This document shows, in pieces, positions 1 to 8,473 of a stretch of DNA of 27,279 bases. The notes beneath the pieces are model-generated. The model was not told the origin of the DNA. It made no database searches and saw nothing but the letters and a program-made list of their open reading frames with translations. The stretch is from Abditibacteriaceae bacterium (GTDB lineage Bacteria > Armatimonadota > Abditibacteriia > Abditibacteriales > Abditibacteriaceae). The translations under genes were made by a program, and so were the position numbers. Where the stretch lies: NCBI GenBank assembly GCA_031372065.1, contig JANMKN010000035.1, forward strand, positions 1-27,279. Direction: 5' to 3'. Each line of letters begins with the position of its first letter. Within the stretch, counting starts at the first letter, position 1.

Positions 1-2
1 TC

Positions 3-2315
3 AAGAGCGGCGGCACCGGCTCAACGCTGGTGACCGGCGGCTGGTGGCAGTTCAACAATGAGGGTGAGATGAAAGCTGGGGTAGGCACCTTAGAGTTCAA
101 CACCGACAATGCTCTGAATCTCAACAACGGCGGCACTTTGATGGGTGCGGGCAAGCACTTAGTTAGTGGCGGAGCTTTGAACATTGGTGGCACCACTACA
201 GCCAACGCCACCAGCTTCACCATTGCTGCGGGCAACACTTCGGGTGTGGGTGCAGCGGGCGGCGTTCTCAAGAGCAGCAATGGCGGCATCTGGGTATGGA
301 GCGGCGGCGCGCTGTTCGGCACCGTCACTCTGGATACGGCGTCACGTCTGGACATCAACGGAAGTGGTGTCAAATACTGCTTCGATAATCTGGTGTTCAA
401 CAGCAAGGGAACGGTCAACTGGAGCGGCACCGGCGCGATTCAGGCACGGGCTTATGATGGCACGGCGGTAATCTTCAACAACCTGAGCGGAGCCACCTTC
501 AATGCTCTCTCCGATAGCACCTTCTCGCGTGAGAATGGCTACCGCATGCCCGTCTTTAACAATGCAGGCATATTTGACCTGACGGGCACCACCGGCAGTG
601 ACTGGGCCTTTAATCAAAGCAGCACCGGCAAGTTGCGCAGCGTGCTGACCAGTGCCGCTGCTTACGGCAAGCTAACCACAGGCGCCGGCTTAACTTTGGC
701 GGGCGCTCTGGAAGTGCAAGCGCCTGCGGCTTATGCTCCTGCCAATGGCGCGGTTCTCAATATTATTCCTGCCGCCAGCGCGGCGGCGGGCACCTTTACC
801 GGCCTGGCGCAGGGCGCTAACTTCTCCATCAACGGCTATCCGTTCAAAATCAGTTACGCGGGCGGCGATGGGAACGATGTCACACTTGCCTTCACACCGC
901 CATTGCTGACTGTAGCCGATGTGAGAGTGGTGGAGGGCAATACAGGAACGGTCAATGCGGTCTTTACTGTGCGGCTTTCGGCGCCAACGGCGAAAACTGT
1001 AACCGTCAACTATGCTACAGCCAACGGCAATGCCAATGGCGCGACGGCAGGAACGGATTACGTAGCGCAGAGCGGCACTCTGACCTTCGCGCCGAACGAA
1101 ACCAGCAAGACCGTGACGGTAACGGTCAACTCCGACTTGCTGGATGAGTTCGATGAAACTTATTTCCTCAATCTCAGCGTGCCGACCAATGCTGCATTAG
1201 GTGATGCTCAGGCCATAGGCACCATCGCTGACAATGATGCGTTGCCGATTCTCTCTACGAGCGACATTACGTTGACCGAAGGCAGCGGCGGCACCAAAAC
1301 CGCCGACTTCACCATCAAATTGAGCGCTGTAAGTGGTCGCAACGTTGGTCTCACTTGTAACACTGCTGACGGCACGTCCAAGGCGCCGAATGACTACACG
1401 GCCACACGGGTTAACCTCATCATTCCGGCAGGTCAAACGTCAGCCAAATTTAGTGTGCCTCTCAATACCGACTTGACTGATGAAGTGGATGAGAATTTCT
1501 ACGCGTTTTTGACTTTGCCGATCAATGCCAAAATCAGCACGCCGCGTGTGCAATGCACCATTCAAGATGACGACGACGCGCCGACAGTTTCGATTGATCC
1601 CGCGTCCTTCAAAGAATATAACGGCGGCACGAGTTCAGCGACGTTTCACATTAATCTCTCAGCGGTTAGTGGCAAAGTGGTTACGGTCACGTTTACCACG
1701 GCGAACGCGACATCTAATCCTACCAATGGCATTTTCCCGGCTACAAGCAATGTGGATTATGTGCCGGTAACTTCAACGGCGCCGATCACTGTCTCCATCA
1801 GTGCTGGCTCCAAAGTCGGCATCGCCCATGTGACCATCAATGGAGACACTTTGGACGAAGAGAATGAGTCCTTCACAGGCAAAATCTCGGCTGCGGTGAA
1901 TGCCACACTGAATGCAGCCAAGTCCACTGCCATTGGCACCATCATTGACGATGATGCGGCGCCTTCGCTGTCCATAGATGATGTGAGCATGGTCGAAGGA
2001 AATACCGGCATCAAGAACCTCAAATTCACTGTGAGTTTGACGGCCATAGGCGGCAAGACCATCACTGTGACTTATGCGACAGCCAACGGCACCGCGCGTT
2101 CGGACTTGGTGCCCAGTGACTACAACGCGATCACCGGCACCTTGCAATTCAATCCGGGCACGGCCTTGACGCGCACCATTCTCGTTCCTATCAACGGCGA
2201 CACGCAATTCGAAGGCGACGAAACCTTTTTCGTGCTGCTCTCAAACGCGATTAATGCCAATGTGAGCAAAGCGCGCGGCGTGGGCACGATTACGAACGAT
2301 GATGTTTCGGGCTAA
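3..2315 (+). CDS. Large secreted/surface protein, 5'-partial: G/T/N-rich passenger-like region followed by four tandem Calx-beta domains
   Basis: The frame is open from the window edge (pos 3: KSGGTGSTLV...), so the GTG at 30 is internal. The motif ISYAGGDGNDVTL is followed by four Calx-beta-type units starting LTVADVRVVEGNTG, LSTSDITLTEGSGG, VSIDPASFKEYNGG and LSIDDVSMVEGNTG, each with DxxxExxExF and ending TIxDxD/TITNDD. Confidence 0.85.
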   Translation, partial: KSGGTGSTLVTGGWWQFNNEGEMKAGVGTLEFNTDNALNLNNGGTLMGAGKHLVSGGALNIGGTTTANATSFTIAAGNTSGVGAAGGVLKSSNGGIWVWSGGALFGTVTLDTASRLDINGSGVKYCFDNLVFNSKGTVNWSGTGAIQARAYDGTAVIFNNLSGATFNALSDSTFSRENGYRMPVFNNAGIFDLTGTTGSDWAFNQSSTGKLRSVLTSAAAYGKLTTGAGLTLAGALEVQAPAAYAPANGAVLNIIPAASAAAGTFTGLAQGANFSINGYPFKISYAGGDGNDVTLAFTPPLLTVADVRVVEGNTGTVNAVFTVRLSAPTAKTVTVNYATANGNANGATAGTDYVAQSGTLTFAPNETSKTVTVTVNSDLLDEFDETYFLNLSVPTNAALGDAQAIGTIADNDALPILSTSDITLTEGSGGTKTADFTIKLSAVSGRNVGLTCNTADGTSKAPNDYTATRVNLIIPAGQTSAKFSVPLNTDLTDEVDENFYAFLTLPINAKISTPRVQCTIQDDDDAPTVSIDPASFKEYNGGTSSATFHINLSAVSGKVVTVTFTTANATSNPTNGIFPATSNVDYVPVTSTAPITVSISAGSKVGIAHVTINGDTLDEENESFTGKISAAVNATLNAAKSTAIGTIIDDDAAPSLSIDDVSMVEGNTGIKNLKFTVSLTAIGGKTITVTYATANGTARSDLVPSDYNAITGTLQFNPGTALTRTILVPINGDTQFEGDETFFVLLSNAINANVSKARGVGTITNDDVSG

Positions 2316-2327
2316 GTAGTAACGCAT

Positions 2328-2370
2328 CAACTGAAAAGTCATGTCAACAAGCGACATGACTTTTCAGTTG
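2328..2370. terminator. Perfect 18-bp hairpin between convergent genes, probably a bidirectional terminator
   Basis: CAACTGAAAAGTCATGTC (2328-2345), 7-nt loop, GACATGACTTTTCAGTTG (2353-2370). It lies between the stops at 2315(+) and 2375(-). There is no classic U-tail. Confidence 0.7.
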
Positions 2371-2374
2371 GCGA

Positions 2375-3079
2375 TTAACCACGCGTTGAACGTTGTTTGG
2401 CCTGCCCGACAAGGCTTTGATAGGAAAAAAGTAAAGGGAAAAAAGCGAGCAAAGATAATAAGCCCAGCATTTGAGTGATTTGCTGCGCTGGTGCCGGAGG
2501 AGGGCCTTGCCGCATCATTGCCATACCCTGCATAATCTCGTTCAATACTTGAAAAATCGTGAGAGGCGCCATAATAATGACAAGCGGCAGCAAAGTGCAA
2601 ATCACGGATTCATAAGGTTCCAATTGGCCGAAGCGATAAAGATAAAAAACCAGCAATGCCACACGCCAAGTCGCCACGATTAAGAGAAACCACGCGTTAA
2701 TATTGCGTGCTGTGTTAGGATCAAACCAACGTTCCACAGGCATCGCATAAATCGCGCCGGGCAAAGCAGCCAGACAAATAAATGTCAAAACATGACGATA
2801 CGTCGCTTGTGGCACTAATGGCTTGAATGTCATCCATAATAAAAACGTCAGGCAGAAAACGTAAACCAACGAGCCAAGGCCCAAGCGCCGCAGCAATTCC
2901 ACCTGCGGGTCATCCCAAGTGCGCCCCATGCCGACTAACCAAACCAAAAGCAAGCCCAGCAACAAATGACGCTTATCAAACGCGGCCATTTCGTCGCGTG
3001 AGGCACGAAACGTCACAAGGCGTAGCAATGTAATCCAAGGCGAATACGGTGGTAGATTTTCGATTTCATTTTCGCTCAT
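2375..3079 (-). CDS. Integral membrane protein of unknown function (about 6-7 TM segments)
   Basis: 234 aa with multiple hydrophobic stretches and a polar loop motif GMGRTWDDP. Its start overlaps the radical SAM stop by 4 bp (ATGA, 3076-3079). Confidence 0.8.
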   Translation of the reverse strand: MSENEIENLPPYSPWITLLRLVTFRASRDEMAAFDKRHLLLGLLLVWLVGMGRTWDDPQVELLRRLGLGSLVYVFCLTFLLWMTFKPLVPQATYRHVLTFICLAALPGAIYAMPVERWFDPNTARNINAWFLLIVATWRVALLVFYLYRFGQLEPYESVICTLLPLVIIMAPLTIFQVLNEIMQGMAMMRQGPPPAPAQQITQMLGLLSLLAFFPLLFSYQSLVGQAKQRSTRG

Positions 3080-4410
3080 TCGATTTTCTCCTTAAGGCGC
3101 CGCTTAGTGCATTGCCGGAATCGCTGGCGCCGCCTCACTACTGCGTCATCGCTATAAACTTCGCGCACCAGTTGGCGGAACCCATTTTCCAATTGCGCCA
3201 CGTTCATTTGTGCGGGTTGAAACGTCACATCGAAAAGCGTGCATTGCTCCCAGAAAACTGGGCGTAGCAAACGCTCTTCATTTTTCAATTTAAGATAAAG
3301 CGCCGTGCCGGGAAATGGCGTAAGAATCGTGACTTGCACTTCGCCTAATTCGCACGCTTGCGCAAAATCGCGTGTGCGCTCGAAACAACTTTCATCGTCG
3401 CTGTCAAAACCAACTACAAAGCAACCATTAACAGGGATTCCGGCCTCTTGAATGCGCGCGATCTTCTCTCGATAAAAATCCAACTGCTTTCGCTTCCAAT
3501 GGCGACTGTCGGCTTCGTCCAAGGCTTGCGGCAGCGACGATTCGAGGCCGATTAAAAGCTGCGCACAATTGGACTCAGCCAGCAGTTGCAAAAGTTCGCT
3601 GTCGTCGGCGACCGAAATATCGGTTTCGGTAAACCACGGCGCGCCGTATTCGCCCATAATTTCGGCCACGCTGCGCGCGTGTGCTTTGTGCGCAAACGTA
3701 TTATCATCGGCCAACTCTAAAAACGGCTTCGGCCAGAGGTGAAAAATCGCCTCCAACTCGCGGCGAATTTGTGCTTGTGGTTTGGTTTTGAATTTTGAAA
3801 TCAAGCGAGAAGCACCACAAAACGCGCAATCCAACGGGCAGCCGCGCGCCGTTTGCAAAGTCAGGCGATTGTAACGTGACACGTCCAGCAAATCGTAACG
3901 CGGCACACGCGCTTCTTGAAAACGAAACGGCGCGGCAAAACTATCATAAAGCGGCTGCAAATCCTGATTTTCAAAATCCGCCAGCACTTGCGGCCAGATG
4001 TTTTCACCTTCGCCGCAAACCACAGCCGCCGCGTGCGCCATCGCTTCTTGTGGCAGCATCGAAACGTGTAAGCCACCCAGCACTACAATTTGGCCGTCAG
4101 CGCGCAATTCATCGGCGATGCGATAGGCTTCCAAAACGCGCGCTGTCAACGCCGAAATCGCAATGAGATCGAAGTTTTCCTGTGCTAAAGAGTGAATTGC
4201 AGCGGCTGATATTTCATCCCATTCGCGATAAACGATGTCCCAATTTTCGGGCGTGTGCGCCGCCAAAGTGAGTAAGCCGAGCGAGGGCAGTGAGGCAATC
4301 ACGCGGCCTCGCTCGATAAAACCGGGCAGCGTCAAACCAAGGGCGCGCAGTTCGTCGTTCTGCACGCGCACACCGCCGAGCGAAAGTAACAACAGCCGCC
4401 GATTTTGCAT
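3076..4410 (-). CDS. Cobalamin (B12)-binding radical SAM enzyme (class B methyltransferase-like)
   Basis: N-terminal B12-binding-type motifs (PSLGLLTLAA, VVLGGLHVS, GEGE). RGCPLDCAFC gives CxxxCxxC. Also DDN, IGLES, FVVGFD and LTPFPGT. Confidence 0.9.
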   Translation of the reverse strand: MQNRRLLLLSLGGVRVQNDELRALGLTLPGFIERGRVIASLPSLGLLTLAAHTPENWDIVYREWDEISAAAIHSLAQENFDLIAISALTARVLEAYRIADELRADGQIVVLGGLHVSMLPQEAMAHAAAVVCGEGENIWPQVLADFENQDLQPLYDSFAAPFRFQEARVPRYDLLDVSRYNRLTLQTARGCPLDCAFCGASRLISKFKTKPQAQIRRELEAIFHLWPKPFLELADDNTFAHKAHARSVAEIMGEYGAPWFTETDISVADDSELLQLLAESNCAQLLIGLESSLPQALDEADSRHWKRKQLDFYREKIARIQEAGIPVNGCFVVGFDSDDESCFERTRDFAQACELGEVQVTILTPFPGTALYLKLKNEERLLRPVFWEQCTLFDVTFQPAQMNVAQLENGFRQLVREVYSDDAVVRRRQRFRQCTKRRLKEKIE

Positions 4411-4515
4411 CGTTATTGATTATGCGTCCTCTGAAAAAATTCGACAGCGAAAGGACACGGCAAAATAATCTCCAAATTTAAGCGCTATAGTTCAAAAAAC
4501 AGAGAAATGAGGTTT

Positions 4516-4756
4516 GCGGGACCGATTTTAAGCCTCGCAAGCCTCTTTTCTGCTCATGTCAGACCGCATTCGACTCAGGTCAGACCGCCGTTTATCCGTG
4601 TCAGAACCAGTTTTATGCGGGTAAGAACGGCTTTTGTGTCGGTCAGATGCGTTTCGAGTGCGGTAAGACGCCTTTTCACTGCCGCAAGAGATTTTTTAGC
4701 CGAGCAAGATGCTTTTTCGACTGCGGAAGGCGTTTTTGGGTGTCGGAAAATCGTTT
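4516..4756. repeat. Degenerate 21-bp tandem array (about 11-12 units); reads as a decayed heptad coiled-coil on the minus strand
   Basis: G(T/C)(C/A)AGA-like anchors recur at 4537, 4558, 4579, 4600, 4621, 4642, 4663, 4684, 4704 (one 20-nt unit) and 4725, most with a T-run at the same offset. Confidence 0.75.
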
Positions 4757-4807
4757 AGCACCTAATGTGCGACTCTTTATTGCTTGTTCAAGTGCGTGAG
4801 AGGTGTG

Positions 4808-4912
4808 TCACTCCGAGCGAAGTGGGAGAGTCGAGCCATGCGAGAAGCCTAACGCAGTCGAGGAATCTGGTTAAGCGCTCTACAGAAAAACCAAAGTCCT
4901 ACTCTGTAGAAC
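4808..4912. repeat. Incomplete REP-like palindromic element (left arm and inner stem only)
   Basis: TGTCACTCCGAGCGAAG...AACGCAGTCGAGGAATCT resembles, from recall, the GTCAyyCnGAGCGAAG...GGAATCT class of intergenic repeats. An inner inverted pair TCTACAGA (4879-4886)/TCTGTAGA (4903-4910) is present, but the outer right arm is missing. Confidence 0.45.
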
Positions 4913-4915
4913 AGA

Positions 4916-5296
4916 CTATCGCTCCCTTATCTTGACTGCCTTGACGCGAACGACCCGATTTACCTCAACACGCGCAAGCTAATTCTATCCGAGGACAATC
5001 CGTTTTTCTTTACCGGCGGGTGCGCTGCGGGCATCGGCGGGCCTCATATTGGCTTAAATATGATCTGGCCGATGAGCCTGATTATGCAGGCATTAACCAG
5101 CGATGACAATCAAGAAATCGCTCAGTGCATCGCGATACTGAAAAATACGGAGGGCGGCACGGGATTCATGCATGAATCTTTTCACAAAGATAACCCCGAA
5201 CGATTCAGCCGTTCTTGGTTTGCGTGGGCAAATACCCTTTTTGGCGAACTTTTATGGAAGATTTACGAGGAAAAGCCTCATCTCCTTGCTGAATAA
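4916..5296 (+). pseudogene. C-terminal fragment (about 126 aa) of a glycoside hydrolase family 125 (exo-alpha-1,6-mannosidase-like) gene
   Basis: Reading in frame upstream of the ATG at 5060 gives LSLPYLDCLDANDPIYLNTRKLILSEDNPFFFTG..GIGGPHIGLNMIWPMS...GTGFMHESF...RSWFAWANTLFGEL, the GH125 C-terminus. There is an in-frame TAG at 4907-4909 and no N-terminal part. Confidence 0.85.
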
Positions 5297-5355
5297 TGCT
5301 TGCATAAGTAACAAAAGAAGCCGCCATCCTCGCCTATGCCAGACCACACAATGAC

Positions 5356-5844
5356 TTATTTAGTCGAAATCGCAAAGCCGAATTTTTCATACAGTGCGAG
5401 GGCAACTGGGCGTTGCCGCGAAGTCGTCAAAACGGCGCGAGAGTGGCCGAGTTCGCGCAAAGTTTGGCCGATGACCGATAAAAGAGGCCGCGCCAAACCG
5501 CGCCCTTGGTATTCAGGCACAATCGCCACCCAATGCACGCGTCCGGTTTCTGCATCGTCGAACCACGCCGTCGCCGTGCCGATAACTTCGCCATCGGGCG
5601 CGATGAGATATTTCTGACGGACGCACAAAACCGTTTCATCATCGCCAAACCAGGTCGCAAAAGTTGATTCATCGAATTGATTGAATTCATCGGCGCGCTC
5701 GTGAATGCTCTGCCAATGCTGCGCGTCGCCGCTTTGATAGGCGCGAATCGAAAAGCCAGCAGGCAAGGCATATTGCGGCCAATTTTCCAAGTGCGGGCGC
5801 TGCATTTCGACGAGTGTTTCGGAATCGGATGGGTTGTGGTTCAT
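5356..5844 (-). CDS. GNAT-family N-acetyltransferase
   Basis: Acetyl-CoA-binding motif VAIVPEYQGRGLAR and C-terminal ALALYEKFGF. The start is at 5844 or 5868. Confidence 0.85.
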   Translation of the reverse strand: MNHNPSDSETLVEMQRPHLENWPQYALPAGFSIRAYQSGDAQHWQSIHERADEFNQFDESTFATWFGDDETVLCVRQKYLIAPDGEVIGTATAWFDDAETGRVHWVAIVPEYQGRGLARPLLSVIGQTLRELGHSRAVLTTSRQRPVALALYEKFGFAISTK

Positions 5845-5887
5845 AGGAATTGATGTCGCTCGGCTCATAGTTTAATGCGGCGACGGG

Positions 5888-5915
5888 TTGCCAATCGCTT
5901 CGCCTTGGTTATAAT
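5888..5915 (+). promoter_or_regulatory. Sigma70-type promoter for the LacI gene/operon
   Basis: TTGCCA (5888-5893), 16 nt spacer, perfect TATAAT (5910-5915), ending 20 nt before the ATG at 5935. Confidence 0.65.
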
Positions 5916-5934
5916 TGATTCATCGCTGAATCAA
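5915..5934. promoter_or_regulatory. LacI-family operator palindrome
   Basis: TTGATTCATC|GCTGAATCAA is 9/10 symmetric with a central CG, as is typical of LacI/GalR operators. It lies between the -10 box and the LacI start codon. Confidence 0.7.
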
Positions 5935-6987
5935 ATGCTTAAATCGGTAGTGACTTTAAAAGAAATCGCGGCAGCGGCGGGCTGTTCGCCCAGAGCAGCG
6001 GCGGCGGTGCTGAATCCGAGCAACGGCAACGTGCGCGTGGGTCAGGAAACGCAGCGGCGCGTGTTGGAAAGCGCGCAGCAGCTTGGGTATCGGCGCAACG
6101 AGATGGCGCGGGCGATGGTGACCGGCAAAAGTCACGTCATCGGTTTGCTGACCAGCATCGGCATTTCCGAAACGATCATGCGCATTGTCGAAGGCGCTTT
6201 GGACGAGGCCGCCGCTCAGGGTTATATCACGAAGTTTCTGCGTTTGCCTTTTCATGCCACGCCCGAACAAGTTCACGAAGTCGTGCAGCTTTGCACCACA
6301 TGGCGACTTGATGGCGTGGTCGCGGTGGGTTTGCAGGACGACGTTTTGGCTTGTCTAAATGAGGAAATCAAAAATAATCATCGCCCCGTCGCTTATATTG
6401 AAACCTTTGCCGATAATTCGGCGGCGATTCGCGTGGGTTCCGACGATGCGGGCGGCGTGCGCGCCGCGTTGACGCATTTGGTGGAGTTGGGCCATAGGAA
6501 CATCGCTTTTTTAGGCGGCCCAGAAACGTCTGCGATTTCAGAAGCGCGAGCGCGGCTTTTTCGCAGCACATTGAAAGATTTGGGCGTGCCGCTCAGGAAA
6601 AAATGGCTTCTGCACAGCGATTGGGGCAACGTGCGCTTGATTGAAGCCGCTGCGCAGCACTTGTTGGAGGCGAATCCGCGCCCGACAGCTATTTTTTGCA
6701 TGGCCGATGCGATTGCAATGGTAACTTTGCGCTTGGCGCGGCGCCTCGGTTTGGCGTTGCCGGAGCAGCTTTCGGTAATCGGCTACGGCAATTCAGCGCT
6801 TTCGACTTACGCCGACCCACCATTGACGACCATCGCGCAGCCCTTTAGCGAAATGGGGCGCCATGCTGTGCAGCGTTTGCTGATTCACATCAAGGCTGGC
6901 GATGGCGAAGTCACAGCGCCTTCTTGCGACTCACTGGCCCAAAAACTCATTGTGCGCGGCTCTACCGCGCCGCTGGAAAAAGTTTGA
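5935..6987 (+). CDS. LacI/GalR-family transcriptional regulator
   Basis: HTH VTLKEIAAAAGCS, hinge LGYRRNEMARAM, and effector-domain motifs HLVELGHRNIAFL, PTAIFC, LSVIGY, PPLTTIAQP, LIVRGST. Start moved from 5875 to 5935 because the promoter lies inside the extension. Confidence 0.93.
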   Translation: MLKSVVTLKEIAAAAGCSPRAAAAVLNPSNGNVRVGQETQRRVLESAQQLGYRRNEMARAMVTGKSHVIGLLTSIGISETIMRIVEGALDEAAAQGYITKFLRLPFHATPEQVHEVVQLCTTWRLDGVVAVGLQDDVLACLNEEIKNNHRPVAYIETFADNSAAIRVGSDDAGGVRAALTHLVELGHRNIAFLGGPETSAISEARARLFRSTLKDLGVPLRKKWLLHSDWGNVRLIEAAAQHLLEANPRPTAIFCMADAIAMVTLRLARRLGLALPEQLSVIGYGNSALSTYADPPLTTIAQPFSEMGRHAVQRLLIHIKAGDGEVTAPSCDSLAQKLIVRGSTAPLEKV

Positions 6988-7009
6988 TTCTCGTTAGGAA
7001 TAAATCAAC

Positions 7010-8473
7010 ATGAAAAACACAATCCGAACCCACGCGCGACAAGCGTTTCGCGCCGGACTGCTGGCACTCAGCGCAACCTTCGCTTGTGCGCCGCTGCTGC
7101 ACGCCGCCGATTTATACGTTTCGGAAAAAGGCAGCGATGCCAACGCGGGTAACAGCATCGAAAAGCCTTTGCTGACGCTGCAAAAGGCCGATTCTCTAAC
7201 GAAACCGGGCGACAACGTTTGGATTATGGCTGGGACATATCGCAACATCAGCAAAGACAAAGGCGGCGGCAGTAGCAGTTTGCTGACGGTCACGCATTCC
7301 GGCACGCCTGATGCGTGGATTACCTACCGAAATTACAAAGACGACAAGCCGGAACTCATCGCGGAAGGCTGCTGGCAATGCATTGATCTCAAAGCCTCTT
7401 ATATTGCGCTTGAAGGCCTGATTCTCACCGGCAACAATGACAATGTGCGTTTGGCTGACGCCGAACGCAACGCTGAAGTGGATGTTCTCGCCACTTACGC
7501 GGCGTGGCAAGCCGAAGGCTCCATGTCACGGAGCGGAGATTTTTCGGCGACGCCCGACAAAGACAAACCCGGCACCGCGCCTGCGCCGCAACCGGCAGCC
7601 AAACCTAAATCAGCGCCCAAAACCTATGAGCCGCCCAGCCCGCTTTATAACGGCAGCGGCATCAATGCGGACTGCCGCAATGGGAAGTCACTTTATCATC
7701 ACTTCCGTTTTAGCAACTTAATCGTCCGAAAATTCGGCACGGCGGGCATTTCTCTGTTGTCCTCGGATTATTACACCATCGAGAACTGCGAGGTTTACGA
7801 CAACTGCTGGTATAACCGCTACGGCGGTTCGGGTATTTCTCAACTCGAAGGCCGCGCTTTCGACACCAACCCCGGCTATCATAACATCATCCGTAACAAT
7901 CGCGTGTGGAACAACAAAAATTTGGTGCGCGTGTATTATCTGGGCCTTGGCCTCATCAGTGACGGCAACGGCATCATCCTCGATTCTCTGGGCGATTATC
8001 CCGGCGACTGCTTGGTTACCAACAATCTTTCGCAAGGCAACGGCGGCGCGGGTATTCACGTTTTCAAATCCCACAAAGCGCACATTGATATCGTCAACAA
8101 TACGGTGTGGGGCAACCAGCAAAATTGGCAGCAGTATGAGTTGGGCGCGCACGACGCTGTCAACGTGCGCTTTTTGAACAACATCGTCGTGGCCGATAGA
8201 TATCGCAAGGTTAACGGCGCTTTGCAACCCGGCATTACCTACGATTACAACCTGTATTTCGGTAGTTCGTTGGTTGACGCCAAAGGCCCGCACGACATTG
8301 TAGCCGACCCGCTGTTCGTGGTGCCCTCGACTAATCGCCGCGACAGCAATTTTCGCTTGCAACCCGGCAGCCCGGCGTTGGAATCGGGACTCAATGACCC
8401 CCTCATTCCCGCCACCGATCTCAACGGCAAGCCTCGCGGCGATAAACCAAGCCGGGGCGCCTATCAAAATTGA
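7010..8473 (+). CDS. Secreted right-handed parallel beta-helix protein (pectate-lyase-fold; probable polysaccharide-active)
   Basis: Signal peptide (..LLHA|ADLYV). N-cap YVSEKGSDANAG..KPLLTLQKA..PGDNVWIMAGTY, Asn-rich coils, and C-terminal DPLFV..NFRLQPGSPAL..GAYQ. Confidence 0.8.
   Translation: MKNTIRTHARQAFRAGLLALSATFACAPLLHAADLYVSEKGSDANAGNSIEKPLLTLQKADSLTKPGDNVWIMAGTYRNISKDKGGGSSSLLTVTHSGTPDAWITYRNYKDDKPELIAEGCWQCIDLKASYIALEGLILTGNNDNVRLADAERNAEVDVLATYAAWQAEGSMSRSGDFSATPDKDKPGTAPAPQPAAKPKSAPKTYEPPSPLYNGSGINADCRNGKSLYHHFRFSNLIVRKFGTAGISLLSSDYYTIENCEVYDNCWYNRYGGSGISQLEGRAFDTNPGYHNIIRNNRVWNNKNLVRVYYLGLGLISDGNGIILDSLGDYPGDCLVTNNLSQGNGGAGIHVFKSHKAHIDIVNNTVWGNQQNWQQYELGAHDAVNVRFLNNIVVADRYRKVNGALQPGITYDYNLYFGSSLVDAKGPHDIVADPLFVVPSTNRRDSNFRLQPGSPALESGLNDPLIPATDLNGKPRGDKPSRGAYQN

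Noticed and set aside
4516..4756. Degenerate CRISPR or a bona fide 83-aa + strand protein (4507..4758)
   Set aside because: The 21-bp period is too short for repeat plus spacer and only about 6 nt are conserved. The + ORF resembles no family I recognise and is better explained as the antisense of the heptad pattern, though it is not strictly excluded.
5060..5296. Independent 78-aa small protein
   Set aside because: GH125 similarity extends about 48 codons upstream of this ATG, so it is an internal Met of a truncated gene.
5875..5934. ORF-track extended starts (5875 LacI, 14257 AraC, 16717 ThuA, 19257 HD-GYP, 26679 xseA, 26690 Zn-ribbon)
   Set aside because: The extensions run through promoter, operator, repeat or neighbouring-gene sequence. 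Downstream ATGs match the domain boundaries better.
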